From Felis catus (taxonomy: Eukaryota), in NCBI RefSeq assembly GCF_018350175.1, contig NC_058368.1:178562001-178626000 (forward strand): DNA of 64,000 nt, in the 5' to 3' direction. The notes below the pieces were generated by a model. It saw nothing but the letters and a program-made list of their open reading frames with translations, searched no databases and was not told the origin of the DNA. How positions within the stretch are numbered: the first letter of the stretch is position 1; every line of letters starts with the position of its first letter. Below, one piece after another: positions 25,579 to 36,697 of the stretch. The position numbers and the translations under genes were made by a program.

Positions 25579-26486
25579 TACCTACTAGGCACCAGGTCCC
25601 AGTGGGGATATAGAGATGAATAAAATTCTGTTTCTCCAGTCAAAGAGTTGACTGTGAAGTAAGGGAGATCTTCTCGTGGTCAGGTAGATGAAAGAAGCAT
25701 ATCTGGGGTAGAAAGGAGGAAGGGATATATTCTTGTTGGTGGATGATAGGGAGGTGACACTTCCAGCCATGAAGGATAAAATGGTGATTAGCCAGGTGAT
25801 CAGTGAATTTAAGAGTATTTTCTATATACCAGGAAACGGTAAAGAGGCTGAACGCAGCCTTACGTAGCCTAGCAACTGCAAGGTGTTTGGTGTGGTGAAA
25901 CATGGGGTGTGAAAGATCTTGCGTTGTTCACTGCTGCAACTGCAGTGTTTAGCAGCTAGTTAGTCTATTATTGGCACTTGATAACAGTACTCAAGAATAC
26001 TTGAGTACTTAAAAATTATTCGTTGGACAGGAACAAAAGGAGAGCACAGTGAGAAGTAAGCCTGGCAAGGTTGACCAGACTAAGGAATTTAGACCTTTGC
26101 TGGAGGACAATGGGAAGTCACATAAATATTGATAAGATGTAGGTTTTTGATAGCCACCCACCCCGCAGCAGCACAGGAAATGTGCTGGGGAAAGCCCATG
26201 CTGAAGCAGGAAGGAGGTACACTATGGTAGTGGTCCAAGTGAGAGATGAGAGGTGGTCCAGTAGAGATGAGAGGTGGACCAGGAGAGAGGCTGAGGAACC
26301 GAGCTATGAGAAGATGGTTTATATGAGGAGGTAGAGAGATGCCCCAGAGATGTGAGGAAGAGGGACTTTGCATCCTTGATTCCTTACGGATGAAGAAGAG
26401 AAGGGGGTGACAATGGAAGGAGAGGAAGCTTCCCAGTCTCCAGCCAGAATGACTACATTCTGGTCATTGAAATATACAATGTATTC

Positions 26487-26662
26487 GGGGAGGGGTGTTA
26501 ATTATGAAGCTAATGAAAGTTATGTGTTAGGATCCCTCAATTTCATGGGCCACTTTCAAGACCCTGAACCTGATTTGGTATTCACTGTTTTAGTTTTCTC
26601 AAAGGGCCTTTCTGCATGCAATTATAGAAGCTCCAGGCCTCACCAAGCCTAGATCCTCTTCT
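26487..26662 (+). mobile_element. hAT MITE (MER53-like)
   Basis: tgaagctaatgaaag...cctcaatttcatgggccactttcaagaccctg...agctccaggcctcaccaagcctagatcc resembles MER53. Confidence 0.65.
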
Positions 26663-26769
26663 GGAAAAATAATGGAGGTAATTTTGGGGAAAAGATTTTA
26701 AGTTCCATTTGGAGCATGTTGAGTTTGAGATGAATAGAAGGCCTCTAGGTGGAGATGTTCTGCAAGGAG

Positions 26770-26975
26770 CATAGTGTGGTGGTTAGAGCATAGGTCAGGA
26801 TTCAGATCCTGGCTTCAAGCTGTGTGAATTTGTGCAAGGCGTTTGGGAATCTGTCTGTGCTCAGTAAAATGGGACAATAATATCAGTTGCACCTTCCTGA
26901 GGTTGTTGCAAAGATCAGATGAGATAATGTATATAAAATGCTTAAATAGTGCCTAGGGTGGGGTAGGTCCTCACT
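26770..26975 (+). mobile_element. MIR
   Basis: gcatagtgtggtggttagagc...gtaaaatgggacaataata...gagataatgtatataaaatgctt. Confidence 0.7.
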
Positions 26976-29057
26976 ACAAGCTATATGTCGGCTCTTGGTA
27001 TTATGTGGGGAAGTGCAGATCTGAGGGGCATCAGAGTGATGGAAGCCTTGGAAGGATCATGCAGGAAGAATGTGTAAGGGCATGATAAGAAGACCAAAAA
27101 CAGAGCTCTGATGTTAATCAGGGTGACCAGAGGAAGAGGAACCAGCAAGAAAGGCTGACAAGGATCAGCCAAAGGGGTGAAGGTGGGAGAGCGGGTCCTG
27201 GAAGCCTGAGGAGGAGAGACTGTCCAGCAGGCACTTGGTCATGAGTGTCACCTGCTGCTGAGAGTCAAGGCTCTGGCATGGGCTTTGGGGGAAGTCATTG
27301 TTGAGTTCATCAGAGGGATTCAGAGTGGCTTTGGACACTGAGAAGTGAACGTGTGTGCAGATGGCAAGTGCAGACCATCCTCCAGAGGACTCTGGCCATG
27401 GGAAAAAGAGAACAGAGAAGAAAGAGAGAGAGAGAGAGAGAGAGAGAACTTTGGGTGGTTGGTTGGTTTTGTTTTTGGAGGACACAAATTATTTGAAGAT
27501 GAAACTCACAGGCTTTGGGAGGCTGTGAAGAAGAATTGGGGCAGAAGATTTGAAATCTGGGAAAACAATGAAATAATTGATGAGAAATGTGAATGATCCT
27601 GGAAGGATCGAAGACAGGGTGAAGGCTGAACCCTGAATGGCTCTCTGAGTCTAGAAGGAAGAGGGTGAATGGGGAAGTTATAAATAAGTGTGCATGTAGG
27701 AGGACAGGAAGTGGGGGGTTATGCCTGTTGGCCCAGTTTTATTCTCTGAAGTGGGATAATAGGTTATCTGCGGCAACAGGCAAATACATAGCATCTCTCC
27801 AACTGCGGGGCATTTAGGAGAAATTGTGATTAAGAAACTTAAAATCTCAAGGGGGAAACCAGGGCTGCAGGAACCAAAGCTGATGATGAAGCTATTAATA
27901 ATGTCCTTATAAATTATTTCGTATCAAGTAACACAAAGCAGTGAACACAGCATACCAAGAGAAGACAACTTCAGAGGCAATTTGCACATCTTTATTAGTA
28001 CTGTGTGGTTCACTGTAATTTACAATCCTTTGTTTGCTTGCTGGCTGCTTGAAGCTTTTAAGGCTCTTCCTACCCTGCAGTTTAAACAAAATGCTTACAA
28101 ATTTATCTTTTAATTATGAATAATTTCAAACACACACCAAAGTTGAAAGAATTTTATAGTGCACACCAATGCTTCCATCATTAACATTTTACTAAGCTTG
28201 TTTATTTAAATAAGCTTTTCATTTAAGGATAGTGTTGGAGCTACAGAAAAATTGTGAAGAATAGTGCAGGGTTCCCAACATCCCACGTACCGATCTCCTC
28301 CATTATTGACATCATACAATAATATAGTACATTTGTCACAATTAATGAACTAATAGTGATGCATTATTATTAGCTGAAGTCCACAGTTTTTTTTCAGATT
28401 CCCTTAGTTTTTGCCTAATATCCGTTTTTTATTCCAGGATCCCATCCAGGACTCCACCTTACATTCTATTATCTTTTTCCTTAGGTTTCTTTCAGCTGTG
28501 ACATTTAGGTTTTCCCTGCATTTTAATGACCTCGACAGAGATAATGGTCAGGTATTTTGCAGAATGTCCCTCAACTGGGATTTATCTGATGAATTTCATT
28601 TTTTAAAAAATTAATTCATAATTTCTTTTTCCATCTTTATTGAGACATAATTGACATATAACATTGTGTGTATTTAAGGCATACAGCGTGTTGAGTTGAT
28701 ACACTTACACACTGTGTGACTACAGTGCACTTAGTTAACACCCCATCATCTCATATAATTAGCATTTCTTTTTTATGGTTAGAGCATTTAAGATCTACTT
28801 CCTTAGTAACTTTCAAGTATATAATACAGTATCGTCAACTATTACCACCAAGCTATGACTGACATTTCCCTCATTTTCCCCCATCCTCCAGCTTCTGGCA
28901 ACCACCACTCTACTCTGTTTCTCAGAATTCAACTTTTTTAGATTCCACCTACAAGTGAGATTGTACAGTAAGTATGTGGCTTTCTCCGCCTGACTTATCT
29001 GTCTTACCACAATGCCCTGCATGTTATCACAAATGGCAGGAATTCTTTATTTCTGTA

Positions 29058-29264
29058 TTTTTTAAAAGTGCATTTATTTATTTTGAGAGAAAAAGAGAGA
29101 CAGAGAGGCAGAGAGAGAAGGAGGGAGAGGAGGAGGGAGAGCCCAGGCAGGCTCCGCATTGAAGTGCAGAGCCTGATGCAGGGCTTGATCTCAGGAACCC
29201 TAACATCATGATCTGAGCCAAAATCAAGAGTCAGACACAACTGACTGAGCCACTCACGTGCCCC
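29058..29264 (-). mobile_element. Can-SINE inserted into an L1
   Basis: Reverse SINE body with GA tract; L1 sequence resumes on both sides. Confidence 0.88.
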
Positions 29265-29300
29265 AGAAATCCCTTCTTTTCTCATGGCTAGTAATTTCTA

Positions 29301-29328
29301 GTGTGCGTGTGTGTGTGTGTGTGTGTGT
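29301..29328. repeat. (TG)n microsatellite inside L1
   Basis: gtgtgcgtgtgtgtgtgtgtgtgtgtgt. Confidence 0.9.
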
Positions 29329-30799
29329 ATACACCACATTTTCTTTATTTATTTGTCTCTCTATGGACCCTTAGCTTGTTTTCGTACCTCACCTGATATG
29401 ATGATTTTCTCATGATTACAATGGGATTATGGGTTTGGGGAAGAAAGATCACAGAGGTAAAATGCCATTCACATCACATCATATCGAGGGCACATACCGT
29501 CAACATGGCTTATCACTGTGGATGTTGGTCTTGATCAACTGGCTGAGTTAGTATTTACCAGGTTTCTCTACTGTAAAATCACCCTTTTTCCTCTATTTTC
29601 ACGTGTCCCCATTGGAAGGAAGTCACTATGTGCAGCCCGCATAGGAAAATCTGGGAGCTGGCTCCACCTCATTGAGGACTCATTTGTTTTTCTCGCTCAC
29701 CAGTTAATCACCCCTCCTCCATCCATCATTCCACATTCTCTTTTAAAAAATATACCTGAAAATAAATTTGCAAAGTTATTTTATTTTGTTTCAGGTGATG
29801 CACATGTGAAGGGATATTGTTTCTGTGTCTTATCTAGTTCTTATCCTAAGTTTCAACTGTATGCACCTTCTGGGTTCTGCCTTCTGGGTCCCACTGGGAT
29901 CCCTACATCACAAAATACTGTCAGTCATGAAAAGGAAATAAGCACGAAATGTATTTGTTTGCATCCCAAATAGATATTTCTCAAGGCAATTGCCAGTCTC
30001 TGAGATTATAGGTCTTGGCTCTGCCATGGCACCACCTTGCCCAGCATGCATGGGCAGTGCCCCACACACTGGCTGTCTATGGCCTGTTCTTTCATTGCTT
30101 GTAGGACTTCAGTGAAATAAATAAATAGAAACAAGTAAAAGGAATAAAGAAGCCTCTGCTGACCTTCTGGTTTCATTCTCATGTCCTAATTCCCTCTTTT
30201 GCTAATGATCCCCATTGAGAGGGACACTAGATTCACACACTGAAACTGAAACTCTCCAATTCCCAATACATATGCATACAGTAGATTTGCATCTCATGTA
30301 AAGTGAACTTGGAGTTGAAGACAGATATGTTGTGTTTAATAAGGTATATACAACATAACATAACTACCACACATTTTTCAAATATGCCAAATTAGATATT
30401 TTGTGCCGATGTGCAAATAGTTGCATGGAGATAGCGCCATGGGAAGAATAATGGAAGGCTGTTGGACTTGATATGAACTTGGCCAAATTCTCATTTAAGT
30501 AGAAACTACTTCCGAAACTGTTCTTTTAGCCATGAATGTACTTCTTTGTTGACACTCACCACACTTTGTCCTGTTTTCCATATCTTCCATCTACTCCATT
30601 TTGGATATTCCATGAGCACTGGACATGTGCTGGTCAGAACAACCCCAGATGATTTGTTGGTTGGATGGATAAATGTAATTTATAAATATTTTCTAAGAAA
30701 TGCCCGATTTTTTGCTTACACTGTTCAGTCTTCCTTCCTCAATTCAGAACTATTAGTAATGATGGCTGACAACCTTCAAAGTGTATGGTTGCTTCCAGG

Positions 30800-31450
30800 A
30801 TTAAAAAAAAAATTACATTTTAATTAACTCATATTAATACTGACATTTATATGTGTGTAGTTCTATGAATTTTAGTATCTAGGTGTGTGACAACCACAAC
30901 AATCAGGACACACAACAGGTTTTAACACCCCAGAAAGTGCCCTACTTCTACCCCTTTGTAACCTTAGCCTCACCCCCACCCCCACATCCCTAGAGCCTGG
31001 CAATCACTGATAGTTCTCCATCACTATGTTATGTCTTTTTGAGAATGTCATATGTATGGAATCTCATAGTATGTAATCTTTTGGGACTGACTTCTTTCAT
31101 TCAGAATAATACCTTTGAGATGTGTGTATCCAGAATAGTTCATTTGTTTTACTGCAGACTAGCATCCCCTGGTGTAGACGTGCCATCATTTGTCTACCCA
31201 TTCACCAGTTGAAAGACATCTGGGTTGTTTACATTTCTTGACAGGTATGAATAGAACTGCTATAAACATTAATGTGTAGGTTTGTGTGAATGTAAGTTTT
31301 CATTTCTCTAGGGCAAATACCTAAGAATGGGAATGCTAGTCATATGGTAAGTGAATATTTAGCTGTATCAGTAACTGCCAAACTATTTTCCAGAGTGGCT
31401 GTACCATTTTGTATTCTCACCAACAGTATGAGAGTTCCAATGGCCTTGTA
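30800..31450 (-). mobile_element. Old L1 (L1MC/ME-like) fragment
   Basis: gagaatgtcatatgtatggaatc, gactgacttctttcattcag, catttctctagggcaaatacctaagaatgggaatgct, ttccagagtggctgtaccattttg. Confidence 0.8.
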
Positions 31451-32091
31451 TCCAGTCTCTGGTAACGGAGCAGGCTTTGGATCTGGGACTTCATCTTACT
31501 TCTTACTAGACCAGCGGTGCAGGCCCCCTGATCGACGCCAGCCTAAGCAGTGTGCATCTGAGCCCCTGAGAGCTCGTAGTGACCTGGCCCTAGTTTCCTT
31601 CCCCAGCCTCATGGATGTGTGCGCTCTTCCAGAAGCACAGCACACTCCCTCTTGCTTCAGGACTTCTTCTGGACTTCTGCAAGCGCTTTGAGTTTTGATT
31701 TGTATTTGCATTATTGTATTATTTGACTGCTACTCTTTGAAACCTTCTTTGTGGTAAGCACTTTGCTGAGCACTGTCTTGTTCTTTATTATTGTTAAATA
31801 TTTTGAACACAATACATGATCATAAATCCCAATGTGCCCTTCACTCCAATTTGACTAATAAATATTTTGCCCATTTTGCTTCAGATCCTTTTGTTTTAAA
31901 AATTAAAACGTAACAAATACATTGGAGTCTCCCTTCCCCAATCCCATTTCTCTCTCCCTTCCTAAAAACAGCTACTTGCCAAAAATTAGTAGGCAGCCTC
32001 CTCCCATGTTTTTATACACTTACTACTAATGTAAATATTCATAAAGAATGTATGGTATTGTTTGCTTAAGTCTTTTCCCTTTAAAAAAAAC

Positions 32092-32291
32092 TTTTTAAAT
32101 GTTATTTATTTCTAAGAGAGACACAGAAACATAGTGAGAGCGGGATTGGGGCACAGAGAGAGGGAAACACAGGATCCAAAGCAGCCTCCAGGCTCTGTCA
32201 GCACAGAGCTCCATGTGGGACTCGAGCCCACGAACCGAGAGATCATGACCTAAGCCGAAGGTCTTAATCGACTGAGCCACCCAGGCACCCC
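32092..32291 (-). mobile_element. Can-SINE
   Basis: Reverse body ending gagccacccaggcacccc. Confidence 0.9.
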
Positions 32292-32313
32292 AGCTCTTTT
32301 CCTTTAAAAAAAA

Positions 32314-32536
32314 TTTTGTTTAATGTTTACTCACTTTTGAAAGAGAGTGACAGACAGAAACAGAGACAGAGGCCCGAGTGGGGGAGGGGCAGAGAGAGGG
32401 AGACACAGAATCCGAAGCAGGCTCCAGGCTCCGAGCTGTCAGCACAGAGCCCGACGGGGGACTTGAACTCACGGACTGCGAGATCATGACCGGAGCTGAA
32501 GTCAGGCACTGAACCGACTGAGCCACCAGGCACCCC
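32314..32536 (-). mobile_element. Can-SINE
   Basis: Reverse body ending gagccaccaggcacccc, tandem to the previous copy. Confidence 0.92.
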
Positions 32537-32544
32537 AACCCTTT

Positions 32545-33262
32545 CCCTTTTTTATTGTGATATGAAACATAACACGAAATATATTAACAAAGGTTTATGC
32601 ATACTACACAGTAGTGTCACCTATAGGCACTTTGCCGTGCAGGAGTCTCTGGAGCTTTTCCATCTTGCAGGACTGAAACTGCAGACCCATTGAACAGCGA
32701 CTTCCACTGCCCCTCCCAGACCTGGCAACCACCATTCTACTTGCTTCTGCTGCTAAGTAGTACTCGACTACTTTACACACCTCGTGTAAGTGGAATAATG
32801 CAATTTATCCTTCTGCAGCTGGCTTGTTTCGTTCAGCATAATGTCCTCAAGGGTCATCTTTGTTGTGATAGGATTTCCTTTTTTAAGGGTGAATCATGTG
32901 CACCCTCATGTTCACTCTGGCATTACTTAAAATATGGGGCATCTGGATGGCTCAATCTGTTAAGCGTCTGACCTCAGCTCAGGTCATGATCTCAAGGCTT
33001 GTGAGTTCGAGCCCTGCGTCGGGCTCTGTGCTGACAGCTCAGAGCTTGGAGCCTGCTTCAGATTCTGTGTCTCTCCCTCTCTCTGCCCCTCCCCAGCTGG
33101 TGCTCTATCTCTCTCTATCTCTCAAAAATAAATTAACATGTTAAAAAATTAAAAAAAAAAACAATAACCAAAAATGTGGAAGCAACCTAAATGTCCCTCA
33201 GTGGATGAATGGCTAATGAAAATGTGGTATGGCCATATGATTGACTATTATCAAGCCTTTTA
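32545..33262 (-). mobile_element. L1 3' end (minus, 32545-32894) with an inverted segment (plus, 32896-33262, split by a SINE)
   Basis: Minus part: cctggcaaccaccattctac, gtaagtggaataatgcaatt, gataggatttccttttttaagggtgaat. Plus part: tgcaccctcatgttca, gtggaagcaacctaaatgtccctcagtggatgaatgg...aaaatgtggtat. Confidence 0.8.
32936..33160 (+). mobile_element. Can-SINE inserted into an L1 segment
   Basis: Head ggggcatctggatggctca, B box gttcgagcc, A tail; L1 continues after it. Confidence 0.92.
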
Positions 33263-33967
33263 ACACATTCCCTAATTTAATCTCTTTGCATATTATTACT
33301 CCCATTTTACAGATGAGGAGACAAAGGCCCAGTTAACTTAAATGATTCGTCCAAAGATCAACAGTAAATAGAGGAGACTTGTGAATACCTGCTTGACTTA
33401 ATCATGGCCTCCCTCACCCCTCTTTCCCTCCGCTGTCACCCTCCCCCACAACACAGAGGAAGCTCAGCACTCCTTAATTCCTTTGGCCCTATGCTAACCA
33501 GTGCCACTGCACCAACAGCAGGGAGCCAAAAGGCTGGATTACCTGTCTGTCTTACTCAGAGGATAGGGACTCGGGGCTAGGCCAGCACAGCGTCTGGCAC
33601 CTGAGAAGCGGGCAAAAAGTTGTCAGTGAACGTTGGAAGAGAGCAATGAACAAGCAGAAGTGGCTCAGCTCCGAACTCCAACGTGAGGGCGAGCTTCATC
33701 CATGACCCTGGGTTAACACCAGCCGGACTTCCCAGAACTTCCCCTTATATAACCAGTAAAACCCCAACTTGCTTCTATCATTTGCTCGTTAGAGCTGGAC
33801 AGAAAAGCCTATCTCCCTGGCCCAGCTTTGGTTTTGATGGTACTTCCAGGTAAAGGCTAGATGACCAATAGTTAGTGGAAGCTTAAAGATCATCCATCAC
33901 AAGTGAAGATTCACATCCTGGACCAGAATCTGGCCTTAGACTCTTTCCCTAGGTTCTTCCCACGCGA

Positions 33968-34275
33968 CTGGAGTCTCAAATTTCAGACCCTCATGTCTCA
34001 CGATCATCGTTTTTGTTTTCTCTATGATTAAGCACGGTTACTTCTGTTTGTTTATGATTTTATTTTGATACAATTAATTTTTTTAACTTTAAAAAATCTT
34101 TTCCTTTTTCTGAACAGCATCCATGAAATCATGAGTTAGATGAGCTCATTATATTTTTCTAACACGTGGCCGTACGTGTGTGAGCACTGTGCACCATACT
34201 TACATCTGTCAAACATGTGTGTTCATCTGTGTCCTGAGTCACGGTGCTTCGTACGCCACGCCCTTAGATCCTTGC
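33968..34275 (-). mobile_element. hAT Charlie-like remnant (Charlie4-like)
   Basis: catgaaatcatgagttagatgagctcattatatttttctaacac resembles a Charlie4 internal motif; diverged. Confidence 0.45.
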
Positions 34276-34551
34276 ACAATACCAAGCTGCCATTCTGGCG
34301 GTGCCCGGATTTGGCTGCCCTGATTGCACAACTCAGGAAATAATCTGGTGTGTAGGCCTCAGTAAGGAAATCGAACCAAAGAGTCACAGTCTTTTTAGGT
34401 ACCAGGGCTCAAGATCCAGCCTAGCCCAGGCTGCACTAGCTATTTCTTCATATGAGTTGTCTAGAAGGGGAGTTTTTGTTAAAGAGCTATAGCTCAGAGC
34501 TACATTTCCTTATCTGTAGACTGGGGTCAAAAAAATTCAGAATTAAAAAAA

Positions 34552-34774
34552 AAATTTTTCTTCTTTTTTTAATGTTTATTTATTGTTGAGAGAGACAGAG
34601 ACAGAGCATGAGCAGGGGAGGGGCAGAGAGAGAGGGAGACACAGAATCCGAAGCAGGCTCCAGGCTCCGAGCTGTCAGAGCAGAGCCTGATGCAAGGTTC
34701 GAACCCATGAACTGTGAGATCATGACCTGAGCCAAAGTCATATGCTTAACAGACTGAGCTACTGAAGGCCCCCC
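34552..34774 (-). mobile_element. Can-SINE
   Basis: T tail, gagagacagagacagagc, gaatccgaagcaggctccagg core. Confidence 0.92.
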
Positions 34775-34775
34775 A

Positions 34776-34990
34776 AAACCCAGACTCTTAAATACAGAGA
34801 ACAAACTGATGTTTGCCAGAGGGGAGGTGGGTGGGGGGTTGGAGAAAATAGATAAGGTGGATTCAGAGTACACTTAAGGTGATGAGCACTGAGTAATGTA
34901 TAGAATTGTTGAATTACTATATTATACACCAGAAACTAATATAACACTGAATGTTGATTATACTTCAATAAAAAACTTACAAAAAAACTT
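34776..34990 (+). mobile_element. Carnivore L1 3' end, heavily 5'-truncated
   Basis: cagactcttaaatacagagaacaaactg...gatgagcactgagtaatgtatagaattgttgaa...aataaaaa with A-rich tail. Confidence 0.85.
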
Positions 34991-35603
34991 CATACAAAAA
35001 AATCTCTGGAGATCAGATTAGCTTTTTAGTTATAAGCAGCAGATACCGACTCTGCATGAAACAACAAATGACTTGCCTTGAACAGCCTGGGGGGCTGGGG
35101 GCTCAAAGAACTGGAGGGAATGGGAACAGGCCGGGAAGTGCGCAGCAGCTGTGGGATCTCAGAGGCCCAGGCGATGCGAGCCAGGCCAGGCGATGCACGC
35201 ATGGAGCTCTAGATGTTCAAGCTGGACCTAGGTCTCTCTTCATGCCTCAAGCTCAGAGCTCAGCATCCTGGGACACGGTGTCTGATGGGCCACATCACTA
35301 GGGGAAGGGATAGGGAAAATTGCCCCCTTAGATTCTGCAGCATAATACATACCCCTTTCACTGTGACTGCCCTGATGGGAACGTTCCCTGAGGGATGTGC
35401 TGAGCATGAATTAGAAGCAGGAAGGGGACCCTGGACAGTCAAAAGTGGCAACCAACAGACATTGACCAGTTCAAATTGTTCCGAGAATTTGAAATAATTT
35501 GTATAAAGTGACTGACAGAGTGCTTAGTACCTAAATAATTAATTCTATGGCCTGGGAAGATATATGGAAACCTGTAAGGAAAGGTAAAGATAGGAAATCT
35601 AAC

Positions 35604-35682
35604 AATAGAATAGAATAGAATAGAAGTAGAATAGAATAATAAAATATAAAATAAAATAAAGTAAAATTAAATTAAATTAATT
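35604..35682. repeat. Pentamer repeat drifting from (AATAG)n to (AATAA)n to (AATTA)n
   Basis: aatagaatagaatagaatagaagtagaatagaataataaaatataaaataaaataaagtaaaattaaattaaattaa. Confidence 0.85.
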
Positions 35683-35748
35683 AGTAGTTATCTTCCTGGG
35701 AGGACTTGAAAGAACCAGTGTAGTACTGCACTTAAAAACTCCCTCTTT

Positions 35749-35941
35749 GGGGTGCTTGGGTGGCTCAGTCGGTTGAGCATCCGACTTCAGCTCAGGTCAT
35801 GATCTCACGGTCCGTGGGTTCGAGCCCCGCGTTGGGCTCTGTGCCGACAGCTCAGAGCCTGGAGCCTGTTTCAGATTCTGTGTCTCCCTCTCTCTCTCTG
35901 ACCCTCCCCTGTTCATGCTCTGTCTCTCTCTGTCTCAAAAA

Positions 35942-35972
<31 letters not shown>

Positions 35973-35990
35973 ATGTTAAAAAAAAAAAAC
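35749..35990 (+). mobile_element. Can-SINE with (TAAA)n tail
   Basis: Full head and body; TSD aaaactccctcttt at 35735-35748 and 35991-36004. Confidence 0.95.
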
Positions 35991-36008
35991 AAAACTCCCT
36001 CTTTTCCA

Positions 36009-36212
36009 GGGGCGCCTGGTGGTTCAGTCAGTTAAGCGTCCGACTCCAGCTCAGGTCACAATCTTGCAGTCCGTGGGTTTGAAACCTGCATTGGGCTCTA
36101 TGCTGACAGCTCAGAGGCTGGAGCCTGCTTAAAATTCTGTATCTCCCTCTCACTATGCCTCTTCCCTGTTCGTGCTCTGTGCCTCTCCCCTCTCAAAAAT
36201 AAACATTAAAAA
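36009..36212 (+). mobile_element. Can-SINE
   Basis: ggggcgcctggtggttcagtc head; flanked by ctccctcttttc(c/t)a duplications. Confidence 0.92.
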
Positions 36213-36511
36213 AACCTCTCCCTCTTTTCTAGACCAAGCCACCAGTTATGAACACAGCGGGTTCTAACACAAGGCTTCTGCAGATAGAGCCAGTTGGAAG
36301 CAGCACTTATATTGCCAAAGGATAAATGGAAAACAGCACACCCTCCAGAATGACTGCATCCTCAGGGATGGAAGGGGAGCCCTGGGCTATGCAGCTCAGC
36401 CAGCACTCTGAACCAGAAGGCACACTTCACAGGCCCCCTGAGAGACTGACTGGTCTAGGATGGAAAGAAAAATATAACATCACAAGAGAAGGCTTAAAAT
36501 TAAGGGCTGAC

Positions 36512-36697
36512 GGGGGCACCTGGGTGGCTTAGTCTGTTGGACATCCAACTCTTGATCTTGGCTCAGGTCATGATCTCACAGTTCCTGGGTTCAAGCCCCA
36601 TGTCAGGCTCCACACTGACAGCATAGAGCCTGCTTGGGATTCTCTCTCCCTCTCTCTACCCCTCCCTTGCTATGTTCTTTCTAAACAAACAAACAAC
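36512..36697 (+). mobile_element. Can-SINE (older type)
   Basis: gggggcacctgggtggcttagtc head, gcctgcttgggattctctctccc core, (AAAC)n tail. Confidence 0.88.

Larger units (their letters stand above)
28095..29680 (-). mobile_element. Nested old L1 3' fragments (L1MC/MD-like host interrupted by an L1MA-like copy at about 28620-29390)
   Basis: Reverse L1 3' UTR signatures: gctacagaaaaattgtgaagaatagt, tttattgagacataattgacatataacattgtg, cttctggcaaccaccactctactctg, gaagaaagatcacagaggtaaaatgccattc. Confidence 0.8.
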
